Origin: Candidatus Latescibacterota bacterium
GTDB lineage: Bacteria > Latescibacterota > UBA2968 > UBA8231
Assembly: GCA_965223905.1 (NCBI GenBank)
Contig: CBDCXV010000010.1
Coordinates: 1,952,001-2,016,000, forward strand
Length of the DNA: 64,000 nucleotides
Reading direction: 5' to 3'
In this document: positions 12,281 through 22,123 of the stretch, one piece after another
Numbering within the stretch: position 1 is the first letter of the stretch
Layout: each line of letters starts with the position of its first letter
Notes under the pieces: generated by a model
The model's input: the letters and a program-made list of their open reading frames with translations, nothing else
What the model was told of the DNA's origin: nothing
Databases searched by the model: none
Translations under genes and position numbers: made by a program

Positions 12281-13816
12281 TCATCTGAACGCCACACTGT
12301 AAAGCTCGGCGCAGCGCATCTTGAAGCACAAAGTGATGGGACCGTCGCCGTTGTGGCTTAGATTGGCCTCGCCCTTCCAGGTGATCGCCCGCTCCAAGTG
12401 ATCACCGACGATCCAGTCACAGTCCGCAAAAGCGCGCCCCGGCAGCACCGTGCCGGCCGGACCGAGCACTTCCACCTGCACCGAGCCGGCCGGCGCGGTC
12501 CGACAGTTGAGGATCGCGTGGCGCTGTGCGATCTTGAGCGGCTGGAGCGCGAACGATGCCTCGACGTCCGCCTTCAGCGCCACGAGCCGACCCTTCGGCC
12601 ACCACGCCCAGCCGATGGCACCTAAGGGGGCCTTGCGCGGGTATTTGTGCGGCACCTTCGATCCGACCAAGGGCACGCCCATACGCCCTCCGGGCAGCTC
12701 CACCAGCCCGATCCCCGGGGCGACCACGCCGCCGTCCCAGTCACCCGGATCGCCCACCTCGCAGACAGGTCCCCCGGGCACGCGGTGCCAGCTCAGGTTG
12801 TCCGGGCTGGTGAACAGGTGGAAGTCGAATTTGTCGTGGCGGATGCTCCAGCGCTTGGGGAACATGACGTGATAGTCGGTCGTGCCAGGCATCTTTGTCT
12901 TGCCGTTGGCGTACCACAGCTCATCCGGGTCCATGGTGGGATCGGGCCAGAGTACCTCCTCGGAGAGCGGGAAGCGGCGGAAGTTGTGCGAGACAATGCG
13001 GCCGATGCTCCGGCGGGAGAAGAACCAGTTGCGGCAGTAGGCCACGTACCGCTCCAGCACAGGATCGTACTCGCACATGTTGTGGGTGTCGCTGTACTGG
13101 GCGACCAGCGGCTCCTCCAGCGGAGTCCAGCGCAACCCGTCGGGTGAAACCGCGCCGAAGAAGCCGGACCAATCCGGTCGTCCCCGGTTGATACCGTCCA
13201 CGTCGTCGGGTCGCTCGCGTAGGTAGCGTTCCTTCGTCGCCTCGGAGGGATGGCCCTGGTAGATCATCTTGTAGCGCTCCCCAGGAGGCGCGGACGGATC
13301 CTTGAACACGGAGCCGTAGAAGTAGCCCGTCTCCGGGGTGAGCGACGGGCCGTACACCACGTTGTTGTCCGCGCTGCCGTGGCGTTCGATCAAGTTGAGC
13401 TTCGGGAAGGTCCAGTTCTCCCCATCGTCCGACTCGCCATAGCGTACATGGTTGAACATGCCCGTCTTGTAACGCTCGTGGTGGGTGTGGTCTGTGGGCC
13501 AGCAGTCGAACCAGAAGCGATAGCGACCCTCGTCGCGTATGACTGTGCCGGCGAAGAGGATCATCTCGTCATCCATTTGGGGTTCGAGGAAAGGCGCGGT
13601 CTTCTGTGCCGGCTGCGCGCACAGGCGAATGCCGACGGGCAGAAGGCGCGGCTCGTACCGCATAGGCGGCACCGGGTCAGTGGTCGACATGGGGGTCCTG
13701 CCGCCGTCCTCGGACCAACCCACGCTGCCGTGGTGCACGTAGCGCCAGTCATGAAAGTACACGATGTCGGAGGGGAGTGTATAGGGATATCCCAGGTTTC
13801 TGTAAGGTGAGATCAT
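12281..13816 (-). CDS. GH32/GH-J-like beta-propeller glycosidase-like protein
   Basis: ESDDGENW..P, SVFKDP, SPDGLRW, SDTHN...YDP..RYVAYCR, C-terminal LNCRT..G.VQVE..DC; RBS GGAGGA. Confidence 0.7.
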   Translation of the reverse strand: MISPYRNLGYPYTLPSDIVYFHDWRYVHHGSVGWSEDGGRTPMSTTDPVPPMRYEPRLLPVGIRLCAQPAQKTAPFLEPQMDDEMILFAGTVIRDEGRYRFWFDCWPTDHTHHERYKTGMFNHVRYGESDDGENWTFPKLNLIERHGSADNNVVYGPSLTPETGYFYGSVFKDPSAPPGERYKMIYQGHPSEATKERYLRERPDDVDGINRGRPDWSGFFGAVSPDGLRWTPLEEPLVAQYSDTHNMCEYDPVLERYVAYCRNWFFSRRSIGRIVSHNFRRFPLSEEVLWPDPTMDPDELWYANGKTKMPGTTDYHVMFPKRWSIRHDKFDFHLFTSPDNLSWHRVPGGPVCEVGDPGDWDGGVVAPGIGLVELPGGRMGVPLVGSKVPHKYPRKAPLGAIGWAWWPKGRLVALKADVEASFALQPLKIAQRHAILNCRTAPAGSVQVEVLGPAGTVLPGRAFADCDWIVGDHLERAITWKGEANLSHNGDGPITLCFKMRCAELYSVAFR

Positions 13817-14014
13817 GATGTGTGTCCTCCTCTGGATGTGTGCATGGACGGATCTCATCCAGGCACCAATCAGCACATTTTCACGAGCCAGGCATAGAAG
13901 CCCTCGAGTGCCCTGGTACCAGCTCTTCCAGCGGCGGCCTGGAATGATTATGATCTCCTTCGCCTTCTCCTGGCAGTCAATCCGTAACCCGGAAACTGGA
14001 GCTGGATCGACGCG

Positions 14015-14094
14015 TCGGCGACGCGCCAGTGACGCCGCGCTCCGAGCCCAAGCCCTCGAAGTAGCCCACCATCAGCATGCGAAAGTAGACCCCG
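14015..14094 (-). mobile_element. Remnant of an IS1182-family transposase gene
   Basis: Encodes GVYFRMLMVGYFEGLGSERG..., closely matching the IS1182 at ~4675-4755. Confidence 0.7.
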
Positions 14095-14101
14095 AGGCAA
14101 C

Positions 14102-15262
14102 GTGCACAACCCATACGCGCGGGTAGACTGGAAGAAAGTGAGCCGGGTCCCTTCGGCCTCCCACATGCATCTGGTCAATCAGAGGCAGCTCGACAACGCC
14201 TATCGGTATGGCATCCGGCACTTCCCCATATCGAACTACTACCCATCGGCACCGTACAGGGCCGACACGAGGCTGAGCGACTTCAAGCTCCGGCAGTGGT
14301 GGCCGGCCATACGCGACGGCAAGCGGATCGATCCACCGATCGACTGGAATGGGATCATCGACTGGCAGGATGAACTGGCGGACGAATACAGGTCCCAGCT
14401 TCCATTCCAGGAGACAGATCCCACCTATTCGGCGATCCCCAGTGATGCGATACTGAGCAGCAACGCCGAACACCACGGATTCTGCAACTCACAGGCACAC
14501 ACCTGCAGCCCCGGATCGTCCTTCGCGTCCGGGACCTTCGATGTACACAACAAATTCAATCTGAACCGCCACGGTTTTCCGGTGGGTTTCGGCGGCACCT
14601 GGCAAGAGGCCTTCGAGGGGATGATCGACGGTCTTGATTACCCCGACGGCGGCGGCATCACGGTCAACCACCCGACGTGGTTCTCGAGGTTCACGGACGA
14701 GCAGGTACTGGAGATGCTCGACTTCGACGACCGCGTTCTGGGAATCGAGATCTACAACGATTACAGCTGGAAGCGAGACTGGTACCAGAAACCCAACTAC
14801 GAAGCCCCGGACGAGCCAGAGCAAGGCTTCTCCACGAACATGTGGGATCGCATTCTGCTGACGGGTCGCCGGAGCTGGGGATTCTGCGTGCCCGACCACA
14901 GCGCTGGCGACGGCAACTGGCGAGGCCGATGCGTGCTGCTCGTTCAGGAATACAGCGAACACGCGTGCCTCAAGGCATACCGGGACGGCAGCTTCTACGG
15001 TTGCCTCACCGGCGAGGGCGTGTCACTGACGGGGTTCGAGGCATCGGAGACAAGCGTCTCTGTGAGTCTGAGCGGGCTTGCAGAGATCCGGTTTGTGGCT
15101 GACGCCGCCGTCGTCAAGACAGTTACCGGAGACCGTGCGGCATTCGAAGTGCCGCAGAGGAACGGTTCGCCGGGAGTGGTCTACGTGCGCGTAGAAGCCC
15201 GGGACAAAACTGGCGAGCGGCTGTTCCTTCAGCCCGTGCGTTTCGGCGCCGGGAGGAGGTGA
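14102..15262 (+). CDS. PHP-like metal-dependent hydrolase, possibly 5'-truncated
   Basis: SHMH, NAEHH, VNHP, GIEIYN, PDH metal-ligand pattern; begins right after the IS remnant. Confidence 0.55.
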   Translation: MHNPYARVDWKKVSRVPSASHMHLVNQRQLDNAYRYGIRHFPISNYYPSAPYRADTRLSDFKLRQWWPAIRDGKRIDPPIDWNGIIDWQDELADEYRSQLPFQETDPTYSAIPSDAILSSNAEHHGFCNSQAHTCSPGSSFASGTFDVHNKFNLNRHGFPVGFGGTWQEAFEGMIDGLDYPDGGGITVNHPTWFSRFTDEQVLEMLDFDDRVLGIEIYNDYSWKRDWYQKPNYEAPDEPEQGFSTNMWDRILLTGRRSWGFCVPDHSAGDGNWRGRCVLLVQEYSEHACLKAYRDGSFYGCLTGEGVSLTGFEASETSVSVSLSGLAEIRFVADAAVVKTVTGDRAAFEVPQRNGSPGVVYVRVEARDKTGERLFLQPVRFGAGRR

Positions 15263-15342
15263 GATCGCCCGCCCCGGTATCGTACCGGTGAAAGGCGTAG
15301 AGGCCCGTGAACCCGTCTCGCGCGAGCTCAACATCGCGCCGC

Positions 15343-17328
15343 TCAAACTTGTGTGAGAAAGCTGCCGGTGTGGCCGGCGAAGTAGTCGGCCACCAGGAAG
15401 ATGCCGGCGGCGATGATTTCGCCCAGGATCAAGCCCAGAAAGAACGGCCGCAGACTGCGGAACAGTTGGGGACCGCCGTAACGCAGGATCACCAGTTTGA
15501 GGAACCAGGCCAACAGGGCGGAGCAGAAGATGTGCCCGGTTTTCCAGTTGGCGCTGATCACGTAGCCCAGCGGGTTCAGCGGCCACCACAGGAAATTGTG
15601 CCGCGCCCACATCAGGAACCCCATCACGCTTCCACCGATGCTCATGAACAGCCATGCATCCCAGCGTGGCCCGGTCAACTCCGCGGCGATACGAGGCGCC
15701 ATGTCGCGGGGGGCGTACTGGGACGCCTGATTGAAGAAGAACAGTGGGTTGAGGTTGATGCCGCCGTATTCGTAGGCCATCACGATCGTTACATACGACG
15801 AGCCCGCCAGGCTGACCAGCACCGCGATGACCACGGCCCAGAACAGGCGGCGCTTCGACCCGGCCATGATCTCGCTCATCTTCAGGCCATTGGCGACGGA
15901 CGACATCACGAACGAGCGGATCTCGGCGTGCCAGCCGTACGAGAACCCTAGGGCCACCAGACCGTTGGCACCCAGGGACGAGGTGCCGAGCGCCGAGATC
16001 ACGAAACTCGAGGTCATGATAGGCGGCCGCATCGCCGGGATGCCCCCCTGGGCGACCACCCGCGTCAGCCCCATGAACAGCACCATCGCCCCGAACACCA
16101 TCAGCAGGGCCGCCGGAAACGGGAGCCCGATCGCCGACAGCCAGAACGCGACCAGCAGCAGCCCGGCAATCAGGCCAAACACCGCCAGCCGGTAGGAGAT
16201 CATCTCGCCGCTGTCGTCGACTGCGGGATCGCCGCGGAACGCCTTTCGCCAGACGTCCTTGAGGTGCCCGCGGGCCATCCACAACCCGACGAGGACAAAG
16301 ACGATCATCGCTCCCATGCCCTGGTGGGCGAGGTAGGGGTCGATCGTGTAGTTGTCGATGCGCTGCGTGCTCTGCACTCCGACGATGTTGAAAATGCCGC
16401 GCTGCAACTGGGTGATGGTGTAGAAGATCCAGATCGAGGCCGAGATATCGAGGTTGACGAAGTAGAAGAATCCGGTCCACGGCGGGCTGAACCAGAAGCT
16501 CAGACCCTGATTCCCCGGCAGGGGCAGTGCGAAGGACCGGTTGAGATAGGGGAAGCTCGGGTAGTATGAATGTATCCCGTTGACAGCCAGCAGGATGAAT
16601 GAGATGGCGAATCCCAGCCACATCGCCTTGTTGGTGAAAAACGACCTGCCGATGATCCCGCCCTCTTCCTTCTGGATCATCTCCATCGGTACTTGGACGA
16701 GGGGGTAAACGAGTTTTTCGCGATCGACCCACTGCTTGCGCAGGATGACCATGCTGCAGATCATAGCGGAGGCCAGCGCCAGGAAGAAGCCGTACCACAG
16801 ACTCAGGGGACCCACCCACGCTTCCCACGGAATCGTGGCACCCTTAGGCAGCCCTTCGAAGAAATAGCGCGCTACGTTCTCGCCCCGCGGGATCATCCAC
16901 TGCGGGATGTACTGGTTGTAGAGGAAGTCCCAGTTGTTCTCGGGCGTGGCGTAGTACGTCGATCCGAGCAGGCTGGGGATCATGAACTGGGTGAAGCCCA
17001 TGCCGGGGATGCAGCAGGCCACGACCAGCATGATGTAGATGGTGATCAGCTCCGACCGCGTGAGCGCCAGGGTGCGGTGGATGAGTCCGACCATGCCGGC
17101 TGCGATCACTACGAAGAAGAAGAAGAAGAGGGCTGCCGGGGTGCTGAAGTTGAGGGTCAGATAGGAGCCGCGGATGATGTTCGTCGCGTACGCGTCTAAC
17201 ACATTGAGCAGGCAGGAGAGCACCGCGCCGATCAGGATGCCCCGCACCGGAATACCCTCGAGGTCGCTCGGGGACGGCTGACCCTGCGACATCGAGGTTG
17301 TATGGGTGGGGGGGATCTGTTTCGTCAC
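15343..17328 (-). CDS. DUF6785/DUF6784 polytopic membrane protein (OPT-like putative transporter)
   Basis: Many TM helices; YYATPEN, FFEGLP, QWVDREKLVYPL, WWPLNPLGY, RYGG..LRPFFLGLILGE motifs. Confidence 0.8.
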   Translation of the reverse strand: MTKQIPPTHTTSMSQGQPSPSDLEGIPVRGILIGAVLSCLLNVLDAYATNIIRGSYLTLNFSTPAALFFFFFVVIAAGMVGLIHRTLALTRSELITIYIMLVVACCIPGMGFTQFMIPSLLGSTYYATPENNWDFLYNQYIPQWMIPRGENVARYFFEGLPKGATIPWEAWVGPLSLWYGFFLALASAMICSMVILRKQWVDREKLVYPLVQVPMEMIQKEEGGIIGRSFFTNKAMWLGFAISFILLAVNGIHSYYPSFPYLNRSFALPLPGNQGLSFWFSPPWTGFFYFVNLDISASIWIFYTITQLQRGIFNIVGVQSTQRIDNYTIDPYLAHQGMGAMIVFVLVGLWMARGHLKDVWRKAFRGDPAVDDSGEMISYRLAVFGLIAGLLLVAFWLSAIGLPFPAALLMVFGAMVLFMGLTRVVAQGGIPAMRPPIMTSSFVISALGTSSLGANGLVALGFSYGWHAEIRSFVMSSVANGLKMSEIMAGSKRRLFWAVVIAVLVSLAGSSYVTIVMAYEYGGINLNPLFFFNQASQYAPRDMAPRIAAELTGPRWDAWLFMSIGGSVMGFLMWARHNFLWWPLNPLGYVISANWKTGHIFCSALLAWFLKLVILRYGGPQLFRSLRPFFLGLILGEIIAAGIFLVADYFAGHTGSFLTQV

Positions 17329-17334
17329 CGACGG

Positions 17335-17751
17335 CTACTTTCGCATCCGGACCAGTCGCGCCCCGAGGTCGCTGAAGCGCAGAGACGGGTCGTAGCTGTA
17401 GCGCTTGGCAGAGCGCACGTTGCGCGCGTGGTTGACGAACCCGCCGCCGCGCATGACCCGGGCGGTGCCGGCTGCCGGGCCGGTGGGGTCGACCTGCCGC
17501 CCAGCCGCGTAGTACGGAGAGTACCAATCCTGCACCCACTCCCACACATTCCCGTAGATGTCGTAGAGCCCCCACGGATTGGGCAGCTTCGGGGACCCCA
17601 TCGAAAGCAACCCGGGTTGTATCCACACGAACTCCATCATCGTCCCGTCGTGAAGGTCTACTGAGATGGTTCCGACTGTCTCGTCCGCACCGGCGGCGCT
17701 GATGAGGACGATGAGTCCGACCCCAATTACGGTCCCAACATCCTCTACCAC
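17335..17751 (-). pseudogene. Formylglycine-generating-enzyme (SUMF1) domain protein with an internal in-frame deletion
   Basis: MEFVWIQPG..SMGSP is fused directly to KLPNPWGLYDIYGNVWEWVQDWY...RVMRGG...LGARL; the usual middle of the domain is missing. Confidence 0.7.
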
Positions 17752-17843
17752 AACCGGGGCAACGGGTCATTCCGAGACATTACCGCAGCCGCGGGCGTGG
17801 CGGGTGACGACTACAGCGCCAGTGCCGCCGTTTTCGACTGCGA

Positions 17844-17993
17844 CATCGGGTCTTGTCCGTAAAACGGCCAGAAACCGATACATCGACCCTCCGCGCACGG
17901 GTAATACACGCCCGATCGTGCCGCTGCACCCATCGGCCCCTCAGTCCAGCCTCAAATTTCTGACTCGACAGCATCTCCCAGCCGACATACACT
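17844..17993. repeat. 150-bp element, copy A (inverted relative to 24893-25042)
   Basis: CATCGGGTCTTGTCCGTAAAAC...GCCGACATACACT is the reverse complement of 24893-25042 and looks identical by eye. Confidence 0.9.
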
Positions 17994-18021
17994 ACTCATA
18001 ACGGCCGCTTATAATTCCTCG

Positions 18022-18138
18022 TTGATGCCGTTTTTCATGGGGCTGGCACTGGGACAGATTTGCAACGCCGGCTTCTGGGTCGTAATCGACGCATGCACGG
18101 GCACAACCGGCAACCACATAGGAGCGCTCTTCTGGTGA
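18022..18138 (+). pseudogene. C-terminal remnant of a third DUF6785/DUF6784 gene
   Basis: LMPFFMGLALGQICNAGFWVVIDACTGTTGNHIGALFW* aligns with LRPFFLGLILGEIIAAGIFLVADYFAGHTG of the 15343-17328 protein. Confidence 0.65.
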
Positions 18139-18297
18139 GCCAGTCTGAGGGCCCGCGGCAAAAAAGTCCATTTGGGGCTGCGGCCGGCCTGCTCGCTGCG
18201 CCCCCGCCCCAAACGGCCGCCTGGGGCGACTTTGACAACGACGGTTGGGTGGATCTGTTCGTGGGCAACGAATCCGTCGGCGAGGATACACTCGCAT

Positions 18298-19151
18298 GAA
18301 CCTATCTCAAAATAGGCAAACTTAAACTTGTTTTCGAAATGACAGTGATGTACCATTGGTGTATGGTCAATCTGACCGACATGCAATGGCAACGAATCCG
18401 CCATCACTTTCCTGAAGAACTTCGTCCCAAGAGCCATCCGGGTCGCAAACCGGTTTGCACCCGTGATGTTTTTGAAGCCGTCCTTTGGATTCTAAACACC
18501 GGGGCTCAATGGCATATGTTGCCGCAGTGCTATCCGAACTACAAAACCGTGCATCGCCGTTTTCAAAACTGGTGTCGTCAAGGGGTGTTACGCGAAGTTC
18601 TCATGGACCTGGCCCAGACCCTTCACGAGCAAGGGGGCCTGGACGAATCGGAGGCTTTCATCGATGGCATGTTCTCGGCGGCCAAGGGTGGAGGTGCCGA
18701 TATCGGCCACACCAAGCGAGGTAAGGGGGTGCGGGTCATGGGGATCGTGGACGGCAATGGGCTTCCCTTGTCGGTGAGCACGCATGCAGCGAACCATCAT
18801 GAAGTGACGCTGGTTCAGTTGACCTTTGACTTTTACCTGATCGAAGACAAACCTGACAACTTGATCGGTGACAAAGCGTACGACAGCGATTCGTTGGATG
18901 AAGAACTTAAGAAAGACGGGATCGAGATGATCGCCCCGCATCGCCAGAATCGGACCAAGAAAAAGACTCAGGATGGACGGCGATTGCGGCGTTATGTGCG
19001 GCGTTGGATGGTTGAGAGATTCTTTGCTTGGCTTCAATGGCAGCGTCGAGTGATCACGCGCTGGGAATTGTATCCGGAGAATTTCCTTGGCTTCGTCCAA
19101 CTTGCATCCATTTTGATTTTACTTAAACAATTTCAATTTTGAGATAGGTTC
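18298..19151 (+). mobile_element. IS5-family (IS427-like, DUF4096) insertion sequence
   Basis: 16-bp TIRs GAACCTATCTCAAAAT / ATTTTGAGATAGGTTC, inserted in the palindrome CGCATGCG (TSD AT, or CATG if the ends are shifted by 1); lower GC than the flanks. Confidence 0.9.
18363..19142 (+). CDS. IS5-family transposase (single ORF)
   Basis: LTDMQW..I, LWIL.TG.QW..LP, IDG, GDKAYDS, RW.VERFFAWL motifs. Confidence 0.9.
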   Translation: MVNLTDMQWQRIRHHFPEELRPKSHPGRKPVCTRDVFEAVLWILNTGAQWHMLPQCYPNYKTVHRRFQNWCRQGVLREVLMDLAQTLHEQGGLDESEAFIDGMFSAAKGGGADIGHTKRGKGVRVMGIVDGNGLPLSVSTHAANHHEVTLVQLTFDFYLIEDKPDNLIGDKAYDSDSLDEELKKDGIEMIAPHRQNRTKKKTQDGRRLRRYVRRWMVERFFAWLQWQRRVITRWELYPENFLGFVQLASILILLKQFQF

Positions 19152-20120
19152 ATGCGAACTGTTCCGCAACGGGGGCGACGCCGATCGAGACCCGGTTCGC
19201 TTCAGCGATGTGGCCGAGGAAGCGGGAGTCGCGGTCGTCGGTTATGTAAAGGGGGTCGTTTGGGGCGACTACGACAACGACGGACTCGTGGACTTGTACG
19301 TGTCGCGTCTATTCGCCGATCCCAACCTCCTCTTGCGCAACGAAGGGGAGGATGCCCATGGCCGGTGGCGTTTCACCGATGTGACGGCGACGGCAGGAGT
19401 TCCCGGACCGACCTACAGTTTTCCGACCTGGTTCTGGGACTACGACAACGATGGCTGGCAGGACATCTTCGTCGCCGGGTTCAAAGGCGATGTGGCTGAC
19501 GTCGCCGCCGACTATCTCGGTCTGCCGCACAACGCCGAAGAACCGCGTCTCTACCGCAACAACGGAGACGGCACATTTGCCGACGTGACACGCGAGGCCG
19601 GACTCGACGAGCCGCTGATAGCCATGGGCAGCAACTTCGGCGACCTCGATAACGACGGATTCCCCGACTGCTACATCGGCACGGGCGACCCGTACATGGT
19701 GACCATCGTTCCCAACCGCATGTTTCGCAACGCTGCCGGCCGGTTCTTTCAGGACGTCACCACGTCAGGTGGGTTCGGGCATCTGCAGAAGGGTCACGGC
19801 GTCGCCTTCGGCGACATCGATCACGACGGCGATCAGGACGTCTTTGCCGTTATGGGTGGCGCGTACACGGGCGATGTCTATCAGAACGTCCTCTTCAGAA
19901 ACCCCGGACACGGCAACCGCTGGATCAAGCTCAGACTCGAAGGCCGTCGCTCAAACCGCGCCGCGATCGGGGCGCGCGTCGTCGTGCGCGTGAATACGGC
20001 GGACGGAGTTCGCGAGATTCACTCGACGGTGAGCAGCGGGGGCAGTTTCGGCGCCTCGACCCTGCAGCGGGAAATCGGCCTGGGGCAGGCTACCTCCATT
20101 CGCGCAATCGAAGTTTTCTG

Positions 20121-21744
20121 GTAACCGTTCAGTTCCCCTGGCAGGTTGGGGCGGGGGCGGAATGGTAGCAGGTTGACTATTAACGAATGGGGGAGTGGGT
20201 TGAAGGCAGCAGCGAGGGCGCCGGCTGCTTAGACACGGCCGCGTCACAGGCCATCCTGAGATAGTCGAGGACGTTGCGCTGCTGCTGGCGCAGGGTATCG
20301 CGCACCGTGAGCAGGCGCTCTACGAAACGGCTGCCTTCGGCACTGTGGGTGCCGAAGCTGGTGTGACGCCACAACACGCCATGGCGAAGGGCTCGTTCGG
20401 CGTCGTTGTTGGTCGGCTCGACGCCGGGCCGGCGTGCGAAGGTCCACAGGGCCGGCCCGAGGTCGAGGAGATTGGCGCAGGTGGCCGCCGTCTTGGCGTC
20501 GGCGAACTGCTGCCCATAGCACAAATGAAACCGAAAGCGCAGACACAAATCGTCGATATAGTCCTGGAAGCGGGCGCGGGACAGGGTACCGTCGCGGACT
20601 TGATGCCACCAGGTAAACAGCTGCTCGCTGCGGTCCAACAGGTGTTGACCGACGCGCTCGGCCTCTCCGCCCCGGGCCACGAACTCCTCGAAGGCGCGCC
20701 GCAGGTGAGCCCAGCAGACTTGCCGGCGTCGCAGCGGCAGATGCGCGTAGGCCGAATAGCGATCGCAGCCGACCACCGCCCGGTTGTCCGCACCCAGCAT
20801 CTCATCGACCCCGTCGCGGTTACGTCTTTTGCGGATGGAGAACACGGTGACGCCGTCCGTCACCGCGGTCCACAACCAGGCCTTGGCGCGGCGCTGGCGC
20901 CAGCCGGTCTCGTCGACGTTGACGATGCCCTGTCGGCGAACGAAGGCGCGCGCCTCCTCGACCGCACCCGCCAGGGCCGTGGCCACTTCCTGTTCCAGCC
21001 GGCTGACGGTACCCAGCGACACCTCCAGGCCGAAGGCGTCGGACAACAGCGCCCGGATGTTGCGCTTGCTCAGCCGGTAGGCCCCGGCCAACAGGCCGAC
21101 CCAGGCTTGCACGCTGGGACCGAAGGTGTGCCGCGATACGCCCTCGGGCCAACCGGCTTCGGTCAGGCGGTCGCAGTGACCGCAGCGCAGGGTGTGCAAC
21201 TGATACTCGATGACCTCGGCCCGCACCGGCGGGATGACGACTGCCTGGTGACGCTGCGGATGGGGATCGTCTCCCGTCAACAGGTGCCCGCATCCGTGGC
21301 ACGTACTCGGCTTGACCGGGATCAGTTCGTCCACCTGCTCCACCGATACCCACGAGCGGCCGTGTCCTTCGTGCCCGGGCTGTCCGCCCGGCGAGCGCCC
21401 CGAGGATCGGCGTCGGGAGGCGTCGGTGCGAGGCGAGGAGGAAGCGCCCGATTCCGACGAGGCGGCCCGGGCACCGCGGCGGGACCGCCCCTTGCGGCGG
21501 GCCAATTCCCGCTCCAGCTCGGCGATCCGCGCCGTCTGTTGTTCCACGATTTGCTCGAGCTGGACAATGCGCTGACGCAAGTCGCCTTCGGAAATCGCAC
21601 TCTCAGGGGGTCTCTTCATGGGGTCGCCGTATCCAGGAAAATCTGCAACACACAACCGATTCCCGAAGATACCGACGAACCCCAAAACCCGCGTAGGTAT
21701 TTCTTTATATGCTCAAACTACTGCAGGGGGGACTGAACGGTTAC
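20121..21744 (-). mobile_element. IS66-family insertion sequence, tnpC-only (ISBst12-like)
   Basis: TIRs GTAACCGTTCAGT.CCCC / GGGG.ACTGAACGGTTAC; 8-bp TSD GTTTTCTG (20113-20120, 21745-21752). Confidence 0.92.
20180..21619 (-). CDS. tnpC: IS66-family transposase TnpC
   Basis: Leucine zipper, GGQPGHEG, CHGC..CGHC zinc finger, VDETGW, DRYSAY, QVCWAHL, PTNNDAERALR. Confidence 0.9.
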   Translation of the reverse strand: MKRPPESAISEGDLRQRIVQLEQIVEQQTARIAELERELARRKGRSRRGARAASSESGASSSPRTDASRRRSSGRSPGGQPGHEGHGRSWVSVEQVDELIPVKPSTCHGCGHLLTGDDPHPQRHQAVVIPPVRAEVIEYQLHTLRCGHCDRLTEAGWPEGVSRHTFGPSVQAWVGLLAGAYRLSKRNIRALLSDAFGLEVSLGTVSRLEQEVATALAGAVEEARAFVRRQGIVNVDETGWRQRRAKAWLWTAVTDGVTVFSIRKRRNRDGVDEMLGADNRAVVGCDRYSAYAHLPLRRRQVCWAHLRRAFEEFVARGGEAERVGQHLLDRSEQLFTWWHQVRDGTLSRARFQDYIDDLCLRFRFHLCYGQQFADAKTAATCANLLDLGPALWTFARRPGVEPTNNDAERALRHGVLWRHTSFGTHSAEGSRFVERLLTVRDTLRQQQRNVLDYLRMACDAAVSKQPAPSLLPSTHSPIR

Positions 21745-22030
21745 GTTTTCTGGCCCGCCAGCGGTGACGTGCAGGTCTTTGAGAATGTCGAAATGGGCCA
21801 GACCCTCGTCATTCGCGAGGGGGACCCCCTTCCGACCGCGCTCAGGTTCGAGCCCTTCGAGATTCCTGGCATGGACGGGTCGGGGCAGCACGAGCACGCC
21901 CGCCATGGGCCTGGCCACCAGGACTAGCCCGTGGCTGGAGCTGAAGTCCATTGCATTGTGAGCGAACCTTCGAGCTGTCCCACGGCCGTATGCACCATGG
22001 GCTCCTGGGGGCGCTGCGGTCGATTTTCCC

Positions 22031-22059
22031 TTGAATCTCCGGGTATATTTTCATATACT
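22031..22059 (+). promoter_or_regulatory. Putative sigma70 promoter
   Basis: TTGAAT-17 bp-TATACT in an AT-rich intergenic segment upstream of RBS AAGGAG and ATG 22124. Confidence 0.55.
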
Positions 22060-22123
22060 GATGCTTACAATTTCCATAACTGTATGATTCAATTCTACAG
22101 ATGAGATGAAAGGAGAACCAACC

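Larger units (their letters stand above)
18210..21927 (+). pseudogene. CRTAC1-like FG-GAP repeat / ASPIC-UnbV protein, 5'-truncated and interrupted by IS5 and IS66
   Basis: Repeated WGD[FY]DNDG..D[LI][FY]V; SNRAAIGARV and GLG ASPIC motifs; junctions rejoin in frame (TLA-CELFRN; IEVFW-PASGD). Confidence 0.85.

Noticed and set aside
15023-16828. Long alternative-frame or antisense ORFs (e.g. 15023-16828, 26780-28471, 35481-36959, 50539-52005, 60629-62179)
   Set aside because: Shadow ORFs of high-GC coding sequence overlapping well-supported genes, with low-complexity Arg/Pro/Gly-rich or otherwise motif-free translations.
17844-17993. 150-bp repeat as a classical MITE or tRNA
   Set aside because: No terminal inverted repeats within the unit, no TSD and no cloverleaf or T-loop motif; kept only as an unexplained repeat.
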